A stretch of DNA of 34,595 nucleotides. Source: an uncultured bacterium (GTDB lineage Bacteria > Actinomycetota > Acidimicrobiia > Spongiisociales > UBA11373). The notes under the pieces were generated by a model that made no database searches, was not told the origin of the DNA, and saw only the letters and a list, made by a program, of their open reading frames with translations. The position numbers and the translations under genes are program-made. The stretch spans positions 1-34,595 of the forward strand of contig CBDUUY010000001.1 in NCBI GenBank assembly GCA_965370535.1. Reading direction: 5' to 3'. Positions 1-8,401 of this stretch are shown here, piece after piece (within the stretch, counting starts at the first letter, position 1; every line of letters begins with the position of its first letter).

Positions 1-704
1 CCATCCACACGGGACTCGACCTTGCGGGTGAGCATGGTGGCGAGCACATGGGATGAGACGATGGCCAGGAAGAATGGCCGCTGGACCGGGGGGAGCGGTC
101 CCCGGGCGTACTCGGCCGGGTCGAACCTGAGGTAGGGGTCATCATCGGGTGTGGCGTTCTTGACGTCCGCTCTCAACTCGACCGGCAGGCCTTCGGCCAG
201 GCGGTCCAGGATGCCCGGGATGGCGCGGGGGATCCCGGCGCCGACCAGCACGTAGTCAACGCCTCCGAGCATCGCGCCGTACAACGATGGGAGTGTCGGC
301 GCCTGCACCTTCTCCAGGTAGTTGATGCCCACAGGGTTGGTGTGGCCTTCCTTGGCGAGCCAGACCTCGACGAAGTTGGCCGCGACCAGGAGGTCCTCGA
401 GGCGGCGCGAAGGTTTGAGTTTGCCCATCGGCTTCTGTTTGAAACGTGCATCGGGCGCCTTGCCGCCGTCGACGAAGTAGCGATCGAGGATGTCCCCGAC
501 GACGCCGGGGATGGGGAACGCATCGAGCGCCCGCCGGATGTGTCCACCCGGGTCACCGAGTTGCAGGCGCCGGACCAGCACCGCGTCGATGGCCGTGCCC
601 GATACGACGCCCAACTGGCCTTCGGACGAGACCGCCCCGGCAAGACGCCAACCCGACACGGCCACGCCCAAACCGCCCTGGATGATCACGGGATAGTCGG
701 TCAC
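1..704 (-). CDS. nitronate monooxygenase (2-nitropropane dioxygenase-like, FMN TIM-barrel) family protein; N-terminal part only, gene continues past the left edge
   Basis: Own minus-strand translation from GTG (revcomp of cac 702-704) gives VTDYPVIIQGGLGVAVSGWRLAGAVSSEGQLGVVSGTAIDAVLVRRLQLGDPGGHIRRALDAFP...NPVGINYLEKVQAPTLPSLYGAMLGGVDYVLVGAGIPRAIPGILDRL. GC3 is strong. It is missing from the ORF track because there is no stop inside the window. Confidence 0.65.
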   Translation of the reverse strand, partial: MTDYPVIIQGGLGVAVSGWRLAGAVSSEGQLGVVSGTAIDAVLVRRLQLGDPGGHIRRALDAFPIPGVVGDILDRYFVDGGKAPDARFKQKPMGKLKPSRRLEDLLVAANFVEVWLAKEGHTNPVGINYLEKVQAPTLPSLYGAMLGGVDYVLVGAGIPRAIPGILDRLAEGLPVELRADVKNATPDDDPYLRFDPAEYARGPLPPVQRPFFLAIVSSHVLATMLTRKVESRVD

Positions 705-893
705 AGGGCGGAAGCGTAGGCAGCCGTCGCCCATTGTGGGAGACGCCTGTTGTGACGTGCTCGCCGCATGGCGGCTCGAGCCGACCAGGTTCCCTCGTTC
801 GGGGGAGTGCTGAATCCCCCTTGTGCCCGATGACGGCAGCGTCCCGTTCTGAGAGGTTGCCCATGGCATCCATCACTACGAGAGGAACGTGCC

Positions 894-3110
894 GTGAACA
901 AGAAACTCGGCTTCACCGGACGGGCGGCCGCAGCGTCCGTCCGTCACCCCTGGAGGACGCTCGGCATGTGGGTCGTCCTGCTGGCCGTGGCCTTCGTCGC
1001 TGCCGGCCGACTGGGCGATGTGGTCACCGATCAGGGCGGGCTGACCATCTCAACCGAGTCGCAGCGGGGAACCGACCTCATCGAGGAGCGCCTCACCGGG
1101 CAGAACCCGGTACAGGAGTTCATCCTGGTCGAATCGTCCGTCGGCGCGGACGACCCGGTGTTTGGGGCCGAGACCGCCCGCCTGGTCGCCGAGTTGCAGG
1201 CGATGGACACCGTGGTCTCGGCGACCTCCTATCTGGACGGTGTCCCCGGCCTGGTGTCCACCGATGGGCAGACCGCCCTGATCGTGGCCACCCTGGCCGG
1301 TGGCGAGGCCGACGCCGTCGACAACGTGCAACCGGTGGTCGCCCTGGTCGAGGAGGCCGATTCCTCGGATGGTTTCAGCGTGTCCACCATCGGGTACGGG
1401 TCGGTGGGTGACGAGTTCACCCATCTGGCCGAGGAGACCCTGGCCCGCGGTGAGACTCTGGGATTGGCCGTCGCCGCCGTCATCCTGATCCTCGTGTTCG
1501 GCGCCGCCGTTGCCGCCGGGATCCCGCTGCTGGTGGCGGTCATGTCGATCGTGCTCGCTCTCGGCACGACGGCCCTGGTGGGCCGGGTGTTCGACCTGTC
1601 GTTCTTCGTCACCAACATGATCGTGATGATCGGCCTGGCGGTCGGCATCGACTACACGCTGTTCATCGTGCAACGGTATCGGGAGGAACGGGCCCTGGGG
1701 GCCGATGTGACCGATGCGGTGATCCGTTCGGCCGAGACGGCCACCCGGGCCGTGCTGTTCTCGGGCATCACCGTTGTCGTTGCCCTCAGCGGCCTGATGA
1801 TCATGCCGGATACCACCATGCGCAGCCTGGGCATCGGGGCGATCCTGGCGGTTGTCGCCACCGGCCTGGCCGCCATCACCGCCCTGCCGGCGATCCTGCG
1901 CCTGCTCGGCGACCGGATCGACAAGGGGAAGGTTCCCTTCGCAGGCCGCGCCCACTACCACCGGGGCGGCGGTCGCTTCTGGCACCGGGTCACCCGGGTG
2001 GTCACCGCCAGGCCGGTGCTGTCGATGGTGCTGTCTGTGGGCATCCTGCTCGCCGCCGCCGCCCCCTACCTGACCATCGAGACCGGGCAGAACTTCATCG
2101 ATGCGCTGCCCGCCGACAGTTCCGGCCTGCACGCATTCCAGACCCTCAACGAGGAGTTCGAAACCGGGGCCATCATGACGCCGATCGTCGTCGCCGCCGA
2201 CGACGTGGCCGACCCCGGCATCACCGCAGCGGTCCAGACGCTGACCGCGGCGCTTGCCGGCGACCCGATGTACGGGGACATCACCACCCGGGCCTCCCTC
2301 TCCGGGGATTTGCTCGTGTTGGATGCCGTGACCAAGATCGACCCGTCCACCGCCGAGGCCGCCGCCGCCCTCGACACGCTGCGCAACGACCTGATCCCGG
2401 CCGCCTTCACCGGGGTGGACGCCGAAGTGCTGGTGACCGGACAGGCCGCCTTCACCGCGGATTACACCCGGGTCATCAGCGACCGCAGCCCCATCATCTT
2501 CGTCTTCGTGCTGGGCATGTCGTTCCTGTTGCTGATGCTCGTGTTCCGGTCGATCGTCGTCCCGTTGAAGGCGATCGTCATGAACCTGCTGTCGGTGGGC
2601 GCCGCCTACGGCCTGCTGGTGCTGGTGTTCCAACATGGGGTGGGCGCCGGGGTGCTCGGGTTCCAGCAGACCGATGTCATCGAAGCGTGGGTGCCTCTGT
2701 TCCTGTTCACCGTGCTGTTCGGGCTCTCAATGGACTACCACATCTTCCTGTTGAGCCGGATCAAGGAGAACTACGACGAGACCGGCGACAACGCAGGGTC
2801 GGTGGCGTTCGGTCTCGGGTCCACCGGAGCGATCATCACCGGCGCCGCCCTCATCATGGTTGCGGTCTTCGGCGGGTTTGCCATCGGCGATCTGGTGATG
2901 TTCCAGCAGATGGGCTTCGGCCTCGCCGTCGCCGTCATCCTGGACGCCACCATCGTGCGTTCGGTGCTGGTTCCCGCCACGATGGCCCTGCTGGGTGATC
3001 TGAACTGGTATCTGCCGAAGTGGCTGCAGTGGATGCCCCGCATCAGCATCGAAGGCCGCCGCCCGGTCGGTGAGTTCTCCCCCGCCCCCGCGTTTGAGAG
3101 AGCCGCCTGA
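894..3110 (+). CDS. MMPL-family RND membrane transporter (MmpL-like)
   Basis: 738 aa with a GTG start preceded by AGAGGAA. Two blocks of multiple TM helices are separated by soluble loops. The sequence is typical of the MMPL domain (..DYTLFIVQRYREE.., ..GLSMDYHIFLLSRIKE..). Confidence 0.85.
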   Translation: MNKKLGFTGRAAAASVRHPWRTLGMWVVLLAVAFVAAGRLGDVVTDQGGLTISTESQRGTDLIEERLTGQNPVQEFILVESSVGADDPVFGAETARLVAELQAMDTVVSATSYLDGVPGLVSTDGQTALIVATLAGGEADAVDNVQPVVALVEEADSSDGFSVSTIGYGSVGDEFTHLAEETLARGETLGLAVAAVILILVFGAAVAAGIPLLVAVMSIVLALGTTALVGRVFDLSFFVTNMIVMIGLAVGIDYTLFIVQRYREERALGADVTDAVIRSAETATRAVLFSGITVVVALSGLMIMPDTTMRSLGIGAILAVVATGLAAITALPAILRLLGDRIDKGKVPFAGRAHYHRGGGRFWHRVTRVVTARPVLSMVLSVGILLAAAAPYLTIETGQNFIDALPADSSGLHAFQTLNEEFETGAIMTPIVVAADDVADPGITAAVQTLTAALAGDPMYGDITTRASLSGDLLVLDAVTKIDPSTAEAAAALDTLRNDLIPAAFTGVDAEVLVTGQAAFTADYTRVISDRSPIIFVFVLGMSFLLLMLVFRSIVVPLKAIVMNLLSVGAAYGLLVLVFQHGVGAGVLGFQQTDVIEAWVPLFLFTVLFGLSMDYHIFLLSRIKENYDETGDNAGSVAFGLGSTGAIITGAALIMVAVFGGFAIGDLVMFQQMGFGLAVAVILDATIVRSVLVPATMALLGDLNWYLPKWLQWMPRISIEGRRPVGEFSPAPAFERAA

Positions 3111-3134
3111 TCGGCCCGATTGCTTGCGGCGCTT

Positions 3135-3161
3135 CCGAGGCCCTCGCCGTGGGGGCCTCGG
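3135..3161 (+). terminator. GC-rich hairpin 25 nt after the mmpL stop, a possible factor-independent terminator without a U-tract
   Basis: CCGAGGCCC (3135-3143) pairs with GGGCCTCGG (3153-3161) across a 9-nt loop. It lies in a convergent intergenic region. Confidence 0.4.
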
Positions 3162-3172
3162 AGTGTCTGGAG

Positions 3173-3223
3173 CCTCCCCGGCGGGTGTCGGGGCATCTCT
3201 CCCGCCGGGGACGGGGGAGAGAG
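3173..3223. repeat. GC-rich palindromic intergenic repeat (REP-like), copy A
   Basis: CCTCCCCGGCGGGTG...ATCTCTCCCGCCGGGGACGGGGGAGAGAG, in which CTCTCCC (3197-3203) pairs with GGGAGAG (3215-3221). It shares the cores CCTCCCCGsCGGGTG and ACGGGGGAGA with 26261-26357. Confidence 0.5.
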
Positions 3224-3246
3224 CCAGGGGGCCGCCGGCGGGTTCC

Positions 3247-3816
3247 CTACGGGATGTCGGTTGGGACGAAGGCGTAGGTGAACGAGTAGATGGGGGCGTC
3301 TTTGTCGTCGTTTGCGGTGGCGGCATCGCGCATCTCATGGACCAGTTCTTCGAGGCGGCGCCTGAAGTCCTCGGCGACCGGGGTGGGCAACTGCAGGACT
3401 GCCCGGGCCAGGTCGCCGAACACATCCTCACCGCGAAGTCCCCGTTCTATGAGCGCCTCGGTCTCCACCCGGGTGATGTCGAGCAGGACGCCGGCGAGGA
3501 TGTGGGCGGCCTTCTGCTTGTCCTCGATTCGGTCCACCAGTTCGGGGGAGGGCCTCACCACGCCCTTTCGGCTCTGGTATATGCGCTCCAGTTGGGCCCC
3601 CGATTTCCGGACGTCGACGGCCTCGATGAACCCGCTCTCTTCGAGCATGTTGACGTGGTAGTAGAGGCGGGTCACCGGGACCCCGAGGGCGTCGGCCAGT
3701 TCGCGGACCGACTTCGGGTGGCGGGCGAGGTGCAGGATGCGCTGGCGCAACGGGTTGTCGATGACCCGGAAATCCTCGAGGTCTTCGATCAGGAACTCCT
3801 GTTCCGTCCTGGTCAT
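3247..3816 (-). CDS. ArsR-like winged helix-turn-helix transcriptional regulator
   Basis: I trimmed the 275-aa track ORF to ATG 3816, which is preceded by AGGAGG (revcomp of 3821-3828). The HTH region reads NPLRQRILHLARHPKSVRELADALGVPVTRLYYHVNMLEESGFI. The upstream extension would overlap the SOS box and imuA'. Confidence 0.7.
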   Translation of the reverse strand: MTRTEQEFLIEDLEDFRVIDNPLRQRILHLARHPKSVRELADALGVPVTRLYYHVNMLEESGFIEAVDVRKSGAQLERIYQSRKGVVRPSPELVDRIEDKQKAAHILAGVLLDITRVETEALIERGLRGEDVFGDLARAVLQLPTPVAEDFRRRLEELVHEMRDAATANDDKDAPIYSFTYAFVPTDIP

Positions 3817-3830
3817 CGTGCGCCTCCTAT

Positions 3831-3847
3831 GTTCAAGGTGCTTGAAC
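3831..3847. promoter_or_regulatory. perfect 7-3-7 palindrome GTTCAAGgtgCTTGAAC next to the regulator RBS, a candidate operator
   Basis: Read directly from the sequence. A second 6-3-6 palindrome, GATATGaacCATATC, lies at 3857-3871 in the same lower-GC divergent intergenic region. Confidence 0.35.
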
Positions 3848-3933
3848 AGCTCAGATGATATGAACCATATCGAATCCGCACGGAGACACAACCCATTTTG
3901 GGTCCCGTGCATCCGACGTTCTCCACGCTGCAA

Positions 3934-3949
3934 TCGAACACATGTTCGA
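3934..3949. promoter_or_regulatory. LexA (SOS) box TCGAACACATGTTCGA
   Basis: It is a perfect 16-bp palindrome matching the actinobacterial/Gram-positive consensus TCGAAC-N4-GTTCGA. It sits about 20-30 nt upstream of the imuA' start and directly abuts a -10-like TAGAGT (3951-3956). Confidence 0.8.
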
Positions 3950-3968
3950 TTAGAGTGATAGGCCCGGG

Positions 3969-4610
3969 ATGGGAGGACGGATGGCGGAGATCGGCGCGGC
4001 ACGCACCGACCCGGGCGCGCCTCCGGGCCTGCTGACCCCCCAACCGGGGCGGGTGATGGGCCTGGAGGGCCCACCCGGCTACGGCCTCACCCGCCTCGGG
4101 CTCGCCATGCTCGCCGGTCACGACGGCACGGTGGCGGTGGTGGATGTGCGGGGGTGGCTGTCGCCGTTGGCTGCCTGGGAGGTGGGGCTCTCCCCGGAGC
4201 GCCTGGTGGTGGTGCGCTGCCCCGACCGGTCCCTCTGGGCCCAGGTGACCGCAGCTCTGCTGGAGGGCGTCGGCGCCATCTATGCCGAGGTCCCCGGGGG
4301 CATCGCCGAGCAGATGCTGCGCCGCCTGGGGGCGCTGGCCAGGGCGCGCCGTTCGGCACTGCTGCTACGCCCGCTGCGGGGCGGGCTGCCCTCGGGCCTG
4401 GCCCATCTGCGGCTGCAGTGGGATGGGGTCGCCTGGGAGGGAGTCGGTGACGGGCACGGCAGGCTCGCCCGGCGTCTGCTGACGCTGCAGGCCGGAGGCA
4501 AAGGGGTCGGGGGATTGGAGCGGCACATCGAGGTGGAGGACGATGGGACGGACGCTGTGCGTGTGGTTCCCGGATTGGCCGCTGCGCCGTCCCGACGCGC
4601 CGCCGGGTGA
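3969..4610 (+). CDS. imuA: ImuA'-like (degenerate RecA/SulA-fold) SOS mutagenesis accessory protein
   Basis: It lies directly upstream of and overlapping imuB and is preceded by the SOS box. It has a degenerate P-loop-like GLEGPPGYGLTRLGL. The start is ambiguous between ATG 3969 and ATG 3981, the latter 4 nt after GGAGG (3972-3976). Confidence 0.6.
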   Translation: MGGRMAEIGAARTDPGAPPGLLTPQPGRVMGLEGPPGYGLTRLGLAMLAGHDGTVAVVDVRGWLSPLAAWEVGLSPERLVVVRCPDRSLWAQVTAALLEGVGAIYAEVPGGIAEQMLRRLGALARARRSALLLRPLRGGLPSGLAHLRLQWDGVAWEGVGDGHGRLARRLLTLQAGGKGVGGLERHIEVEDDGTDAVRVVPGLAAAPSRRAAG

Positions 4611-5997
4611 GCCCTGCCAGGTCGTAGACGGCGGCAATCTGGTCACCGCCGCCGACGACCGCGCCCTGCAGGCCGGGGTCCGCCCCGGCATGCGCCGCCG
4701 CGAGGCCGAGGCGGTATGCCCCAACGTCGTCACCCTGGCCGCCGATCCCGGTGCTGAAGCAGTCGCTTTCGAACCGGTGGTGGCCGTCGTCGAGGCGGTG
4801 GTCCCCCGGGTAGAGGTGGCCCACCCCGGCCTGCTGTTCGTGCCGCTGGATGGGGCGCTCCGCTATTACGGGGACGAACGGTCCGTCACCGGCCTGGTGG
4901 CCGCTGCCCTCGATCGGGCGGCCGGGCCCGGCGGGAGGATCGGGGTGGCCGACGGACCGTTTGCAGCCAGGATGGCCGCCGCCGACCCGCCGATGATCGT
5001 CACCGACACCAACGCTTTCCTGGCAAACCTGGATGTGGGCACGCTGGGGGTGGATGACATCGTCGCCACATTCCGCTGGCTGGGGATCGGCACCCTGGGC
5101 GATCTGCGGGGTATGCCCCGGGCCGCCATTGCGTCCCGATTCGGCCCGGCCGGGTTGCAGGCTCACCGGATAGCAGCAGGGGAGGACCGGGCCCCGATGC
5201 CCAGGGCGATTCCCGTGGACATCTCGGTGGAAGAGCGGTTCGATCCCCCCATTACCGGCCTCGAGCAGGCGGCCTTTGCCGCCAGGGCGGTGGCCGGACG
5301 CCTGATGGCCGGCCTGGCCCCCCACGGCGGCGTCCCGCACCGGGTGGAGGTGGAGGCCGAGTCGGCCCGGGGGGTGGTGCGCACCCGTACCTGGGGCAGC
5401 AGCGGCCCGTTCACCGAGGGCGAACTGGCCGACCGGATCCGCTGGCAGTTGCGGGCCTGGGTCGAGTCGGGTGGGGTGCCCGGCGGCCTGGTCCGGCTGC
5501 GGGTGGCCCCCTCCGACCTGTGCGACCGGGGCCGCCAGTTGCGGCTCACCGAGGATGCAGCCACCGACCTGGAGGAGCGCAGGGCATTGGCCAGGGCGCA
5601 GGCGCTGCTGGGGCCCGATGCGGTGCTGCAGGCCAGGCCCCAGGGAGGCAGGGAGCCGGGCGAGCAGGTGCAGTGGCATCGTTGGGAGGAGCAACCGGGT
5701 GAACCACCCCACGACCCGAAGGCCCCCTGGCCGGGCCGTCTGCCGTCACCCACCCCGGTGCTGGTGCCGCCCGACCCTCCCGCCGTCGAGGTGGAGTGGG
5801 ACGGCGGGTTCCCGGTGCGGATTCGCCTGGGGAGCTGCTGGGAGCCGGTGCTGTCGTGGGCGGGGCCGTGGCGTGTCATCGACCACTGGTGGGAGGGCAG
5901 GGCCCCCGCCGACCGGTACCAGATCGTCACCTCGGTGGGGGCTTTCCTGTGCGAGGTCGTCGAGGGCTGCTGCGTGCTGACCGGGATCTACGACTGA
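4543..5997 (+). CDS. imuB: ImuB, catalytically inactive Y-family DNA polymerase homologue
   Basis: The N-terminus MGRTLCVWFPDWPL..GVRPGMRRREAEAVCP is typical of ImuB. The Y-family acidic motifs are replaced (no DxD at the N-terminus; VPLDGAL instead of S/LDE). GGAGG lies 4 nt before the ATG, and the gene overlaps the imuA' end by 68 nt. Confidence 0.8.
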   Translation: MGRTLCVWFPDWPLRRPDAPPGEPCQVVDGGNLVTAADDRALQAGVRPGMRRREAEAVCPNVVTLAADPGAEAVAFEPVVAVVEAVVPRVEVAHPGLLFVPLDGALRYYGDERSVTGLVAAALDRAAGPGGRIGVADGPFAARMAAADPPMIVTDTNAFLANLDVGTLGVDDIVATFRWLGIGTLGDLRGMPRAAIASRFGPAGLQAHRIAAGEDRAPMPRAIPVDISVEERFDPPITGLEQAAFAARAVAGRLMAGLAPHGGVPHRVEVEAESARGVVRTRTWGSSGPFTEGELADRIRWQLRAWVESGGVPGGLVRLRVAPSDLCDRGRQLRLTEDAATDLEERRALARAQALLGPDAVLQARPQGGREPGEQVQWHRWEEQPGEPPHDPKAPWPGRLPSPTPVLVPPDPPAVEVEWDGGFPVRIRLGSCWEPVLSWAGPWRVIDHWWEGRAPADRYQIVTSVGAFLCEVVEGCCVLTGIYD

Positions 5998-6022
5998 CTG
6001 CATTCGGCCTAGCCTTTCGTCT

Positions 6023-7141
6023 ATGAGTCCATTCACCCCCTTCGCCCTCGAGGAGTTCATGTCCCGCTTCGAGCAGGGGGTGGATGTCAACCTCACCGAG
6101 AGCGGGGCCCTCCCGATCACTCTGGGCGAGTTCCTGGAGATGTCGGGCACCGACCCCGCCGATCTTCTCGGCATAGATCTCAACTACCCCCACGTCGAGG
6201 GCATCCCGGAACTGCGGGAAGCAATCGCCGCCATCTATGGGGCGAGGCCCGGGCAGGTGCTGGTCACCGTGGGGGCCATCGAGGCGAATCACATCGTCAC
6301 CCGCACTCTGGTCGGCCCCGGCGACGGGATCGCCGTGATGGTGCCCAACTACCTGCAGATCTGGGGGATCGCCCGCAACGAGGGCGCCGACCTGCGCACC
6401 TTCCGCCTCGACCCCGATAGGGAATGGGCGCTCGACATCGCAGGACTGGAGGAGGCTGCCGGTTCCGGGGTGAAGATGATCGCCGTCTGCAACCCCAACA
6501 ATCCCACCGGGCGGGCACTGCGATCCGATGAGATGGATGCGGTCGTCGATGTCGCCGAGCGCAGCGGGGCCTGGCTGCTGGCCGACGAGGTGTATCGGGG
6601 CGCCGAACGGGTGGGCGACGCCGAGACTCCTTCGTTCTGGGGCCGCAGCGACCGGGTGGTGGCCGTCGGCAGCATGAGCAAGGCCTACGGGATGCCGGGG
6701 CTGCGGATCGGGTGGGCCGTCGTCCCCGATCCACTGCTGCAGGAGATATGGCGGCGTCACGAGTACACGACGATCAGCGCTTCGATGATGGCCAATCACC
6801 TGGCGGCCATCGCATTGCGTCCCGACGTCAGGCCCCAACTGCTGGAGCGGACCAGGGGTCTGATCCGGAGGGGCTACCCGATGTTGCAGGAGTGGGCAGA
6901 CTCCCACGAGGGGCTGTTCACGATTCGCCCGCCCGATGCGGCCGCCATCGCCTTCCTTCGCTATCACCTGGATGTCGGATCGGAGGAACTGGCCGACCGA
7001 ATCCGCCGCGAGCAGAGCGTGCTGGTAGTGCCCGGTATCTACTTCGGAGTCGAGGGTCACATGCGTCTCTCCTACGGCCTGCCGCTCGAATACCTGTCCG
7101 AGGGCCTCGACAGGATCGGCAAGGTGCTGATGGCCGGCTGA
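6023..7141 (+). CDS. PLP-dependent aminotransferase, class I/II
   Basis: 372 aa with the motifs ..CNPNNPTG.. and ..GSMSKAYGMPGLRIGW.. (PLP lysine motif). Confidence 0.85.
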   Translation: MSPFTPFALEEFMSRFEQGVDVNLTESGALPITLGEFLEMSGTDPADLLGIDLNYPHVEGIPELREAIAAIYGARPGQVLVTVGAIEANHIVTRTLVGPGDGIAVMVPNYLQIWGIARNEGADLRTFRLDPDREWALDIAGLEEAAGSGVKMIAVCNPNNPTGRALRSDEMDAVVDVAERSGAWLLADEVYRGAERVGDAETPSFWGRSDRVVAVGSMSKAYGMPGLRIGWAVVPDPLLQEIWRRHEYTTISASMMANHLAAIALRPDVRPQLLERTRGLIRRGYPMLQEWADSHEGLFTIRPPDAAAIAFLRYHLDVGSEELADRIRREQSVLVVPGIYFGVEGHMRLSYGLPLEYLSEGLDRIGKVLMAG

Positions 7142-7167
7142 TCCTGGCGCGGCGGTACGCTGCGACC

Positions 7168-7767
7168 ATGGATCAGCACGATTGGGACGACCGATACCGC
7201 GACCAGGAACTGCTGTGGACGGTCGAGCCGAACCGCTTCGTGGTGAGTGTCGTTGGTGCCCTGGATCCGGGGTCCGCTCTTGTGCTGGCCGCAGGCGAGG
7301 GTCGCAATGCAGTGTGGCTTGCCGAGCAGGGATGGAAGGTCACGGCGATCGACTGGTCCGGGGTAGCGATAGAGAAGGGCACCCGGCTGGCAGACGAACG
7401 CGACGTCACCATCGAGTGGCGGCACGCCGACCTGCTCGAATGGGAACCGGGCCCCGATGTGTACGACCTGGTCACCATCGCCTATCTGCAGATTCCCGCG
7501 CCGGGGCGTGATTCGGTGTGGCTCAAGGCTGCGGCGTCGGTGGGCCCCGGCGGGCGCCTGCTGCTGATCGGTCACGACAGCCGCAACCTCGAAGAGGGCT
7601 ACGGCGGCCCCTCCCACTCGTCGGTTCTCTACACGGCATCGGATGCCTCCCTGGTGGTGGGGGAGAGCCTCGACATCGAGAGAGCCGAGACCGTGGTGCG
7701 ACCCGTCGACGTCGAGGATGGTGTGCGTTACGCCATCGACAACCTGGTCATCGCCAGGCGGGTGTAG
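7168..7767 (+). CDS. class I SAM-dependent methyltransferase
   Basis: I trimmed the 351-aa track ORF to ATG 7168 (MDQHDWDDRY...). Motif I reads LVLAAGEGRNAVWLAEQG. The upstream extension overlaps the aminotransferase in another frame. Confidence 0.75.
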   Translation: MDQHDWDDRYRDQELLWTVEPNRFVVSVVGALDPGSALVLAAGEGRNAVWLAEQGWKVTAIDWSGVAIEKGTRLADERDVTIEWRHADLLEWEPGPDVYDLVTIAYLQIPAPGRDSVWLKAAASVGPGGRLLLIGHDSRNLEEGYGGPSHSSVLYTASDASLVVGESLDIERAETVVRPVDVEDGVRYAIDNLVIARRV

Positions 7768-7792
7768 TCGCGGGCCCGACTGTGCCGGACGG

Positions 7793-8245
7793 TCACCCCG
7801 ACCCGGCGGTCCATGTGAGGGTGTCCCCGCAGTCGTAGAGGACGCCGATGTCGATGATCCCGTGTGCCGAGGTCGGGGAATCGAATTCGCCGGAGAATCC
7901 GCGTCCCCGGAAGATTCCGTCCTCGATGGTCAGAGGCGGTGAGTAGATGACGCTGCTCCCACCCCTGGAAAGGGTCACGCCCAATGGCGTGACCGCTCCG
8001 CCCACACCGGGCACCGTCCTGGGCATGGCGTCCGGCCCGCAGTCGAAGTCATCAAAACGCACTCCGAGATTGGCGGAGACGATGCCGTCCCCCGACTCCG
8101 AGATCACGAAGCCGACTTCACCCGAGACGCCCGGTTGAGTGGCGATGGGCCCGATGAAGGTGGCGTTGGGCGCCGGGCCAAACGAATCGCCGCCACAGGC
8201 GGCAGCGAGCAGGACGATCGCGATGGCTGGCACGATGCGGCGCAT
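7793..8245 (-). CDS. lipoprotein of unknown function
   Basis: Start is ATG 8245 with GGGAGG 6 nt upstream. The signal peptide plus lipobox reads MRRIVPAIAIVLLAAAC|GG. Confidence 0.65.
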   Translation of the reverse strand: MRRIVPAIAIVLLAAACGGDSFGPAPNATFIGPIATQPGVSGEVGFVISESGDGIVSANLGVRFDDFDCGPDAMPRTVPGVGGAVTPLGVTLSRGGSSVIYSPPLTIEDGIFRGRGFSGEFDSPTSAHGIIDIGVLYDCGDTLTWTAGSG

Positions 8246-8401
8246 GGAGACCTCCCGGTTGCTCCTCCCCAGCCTGCCCCCATGTCGGAGCGCCACGCAA
8301 GGGCCGATGGACCCATTTCTCATGCCGGCATCTCCGGTGATTGATCGGGATGAGGAGGCGCATAGGATTCACCAGAGCAATCCAACAGAAAGCCGGCCCC
8401 G

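Noticed and set aside
801-820. Hairpin GGGGGA-N8-TCCCCC in the mmpL leader
   Set aside because: It has only 6 bp and no associated conserved motif, so there is not enough evidence to call a regulatory element.
1050-2636. 528-aa ORF antisense to the MMPL gene. Similar long ORFs lie at 4087-5712(-), 5927-7060(-), 8320-9171(-), 10271-11200(-), 11598-13481(-), 13564-16107(-), 16462-18054(+), 19206-20114(-), 20904-21944(+), 23586-24530(-), 24570-25520(-), 27109-28044(+), 27478-28809(-), 28272-29402(+) and 29093-30301(+).
   Set aside because: These are typical high-GC shadow ORFs. They are extremely rich in Arg, Gly, Pro, His and Asp, have no recognisable motifs, and each overlaps a gene on the other strand or frame that has clear family signatures and proper GC3 bias.
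3817-4074. Upstream extension of the ArsR-like regulator ORF to 275 aa
   Set aside because: It would run through the SOS box, the promoter region and the imuA' start. The internal ATG 3816 has a perfect AGGAGG RBS, and the wHTH homology starts just after it.
6712-7167. Upstream extension of the methyltransferase ORF (351-aa version)
   Set aside because: It overlaps the 3' third of the aminotransferase in another frame with Arg/Pro-rich junk sequence. The methyltransferase fold begins at ATG 7168.
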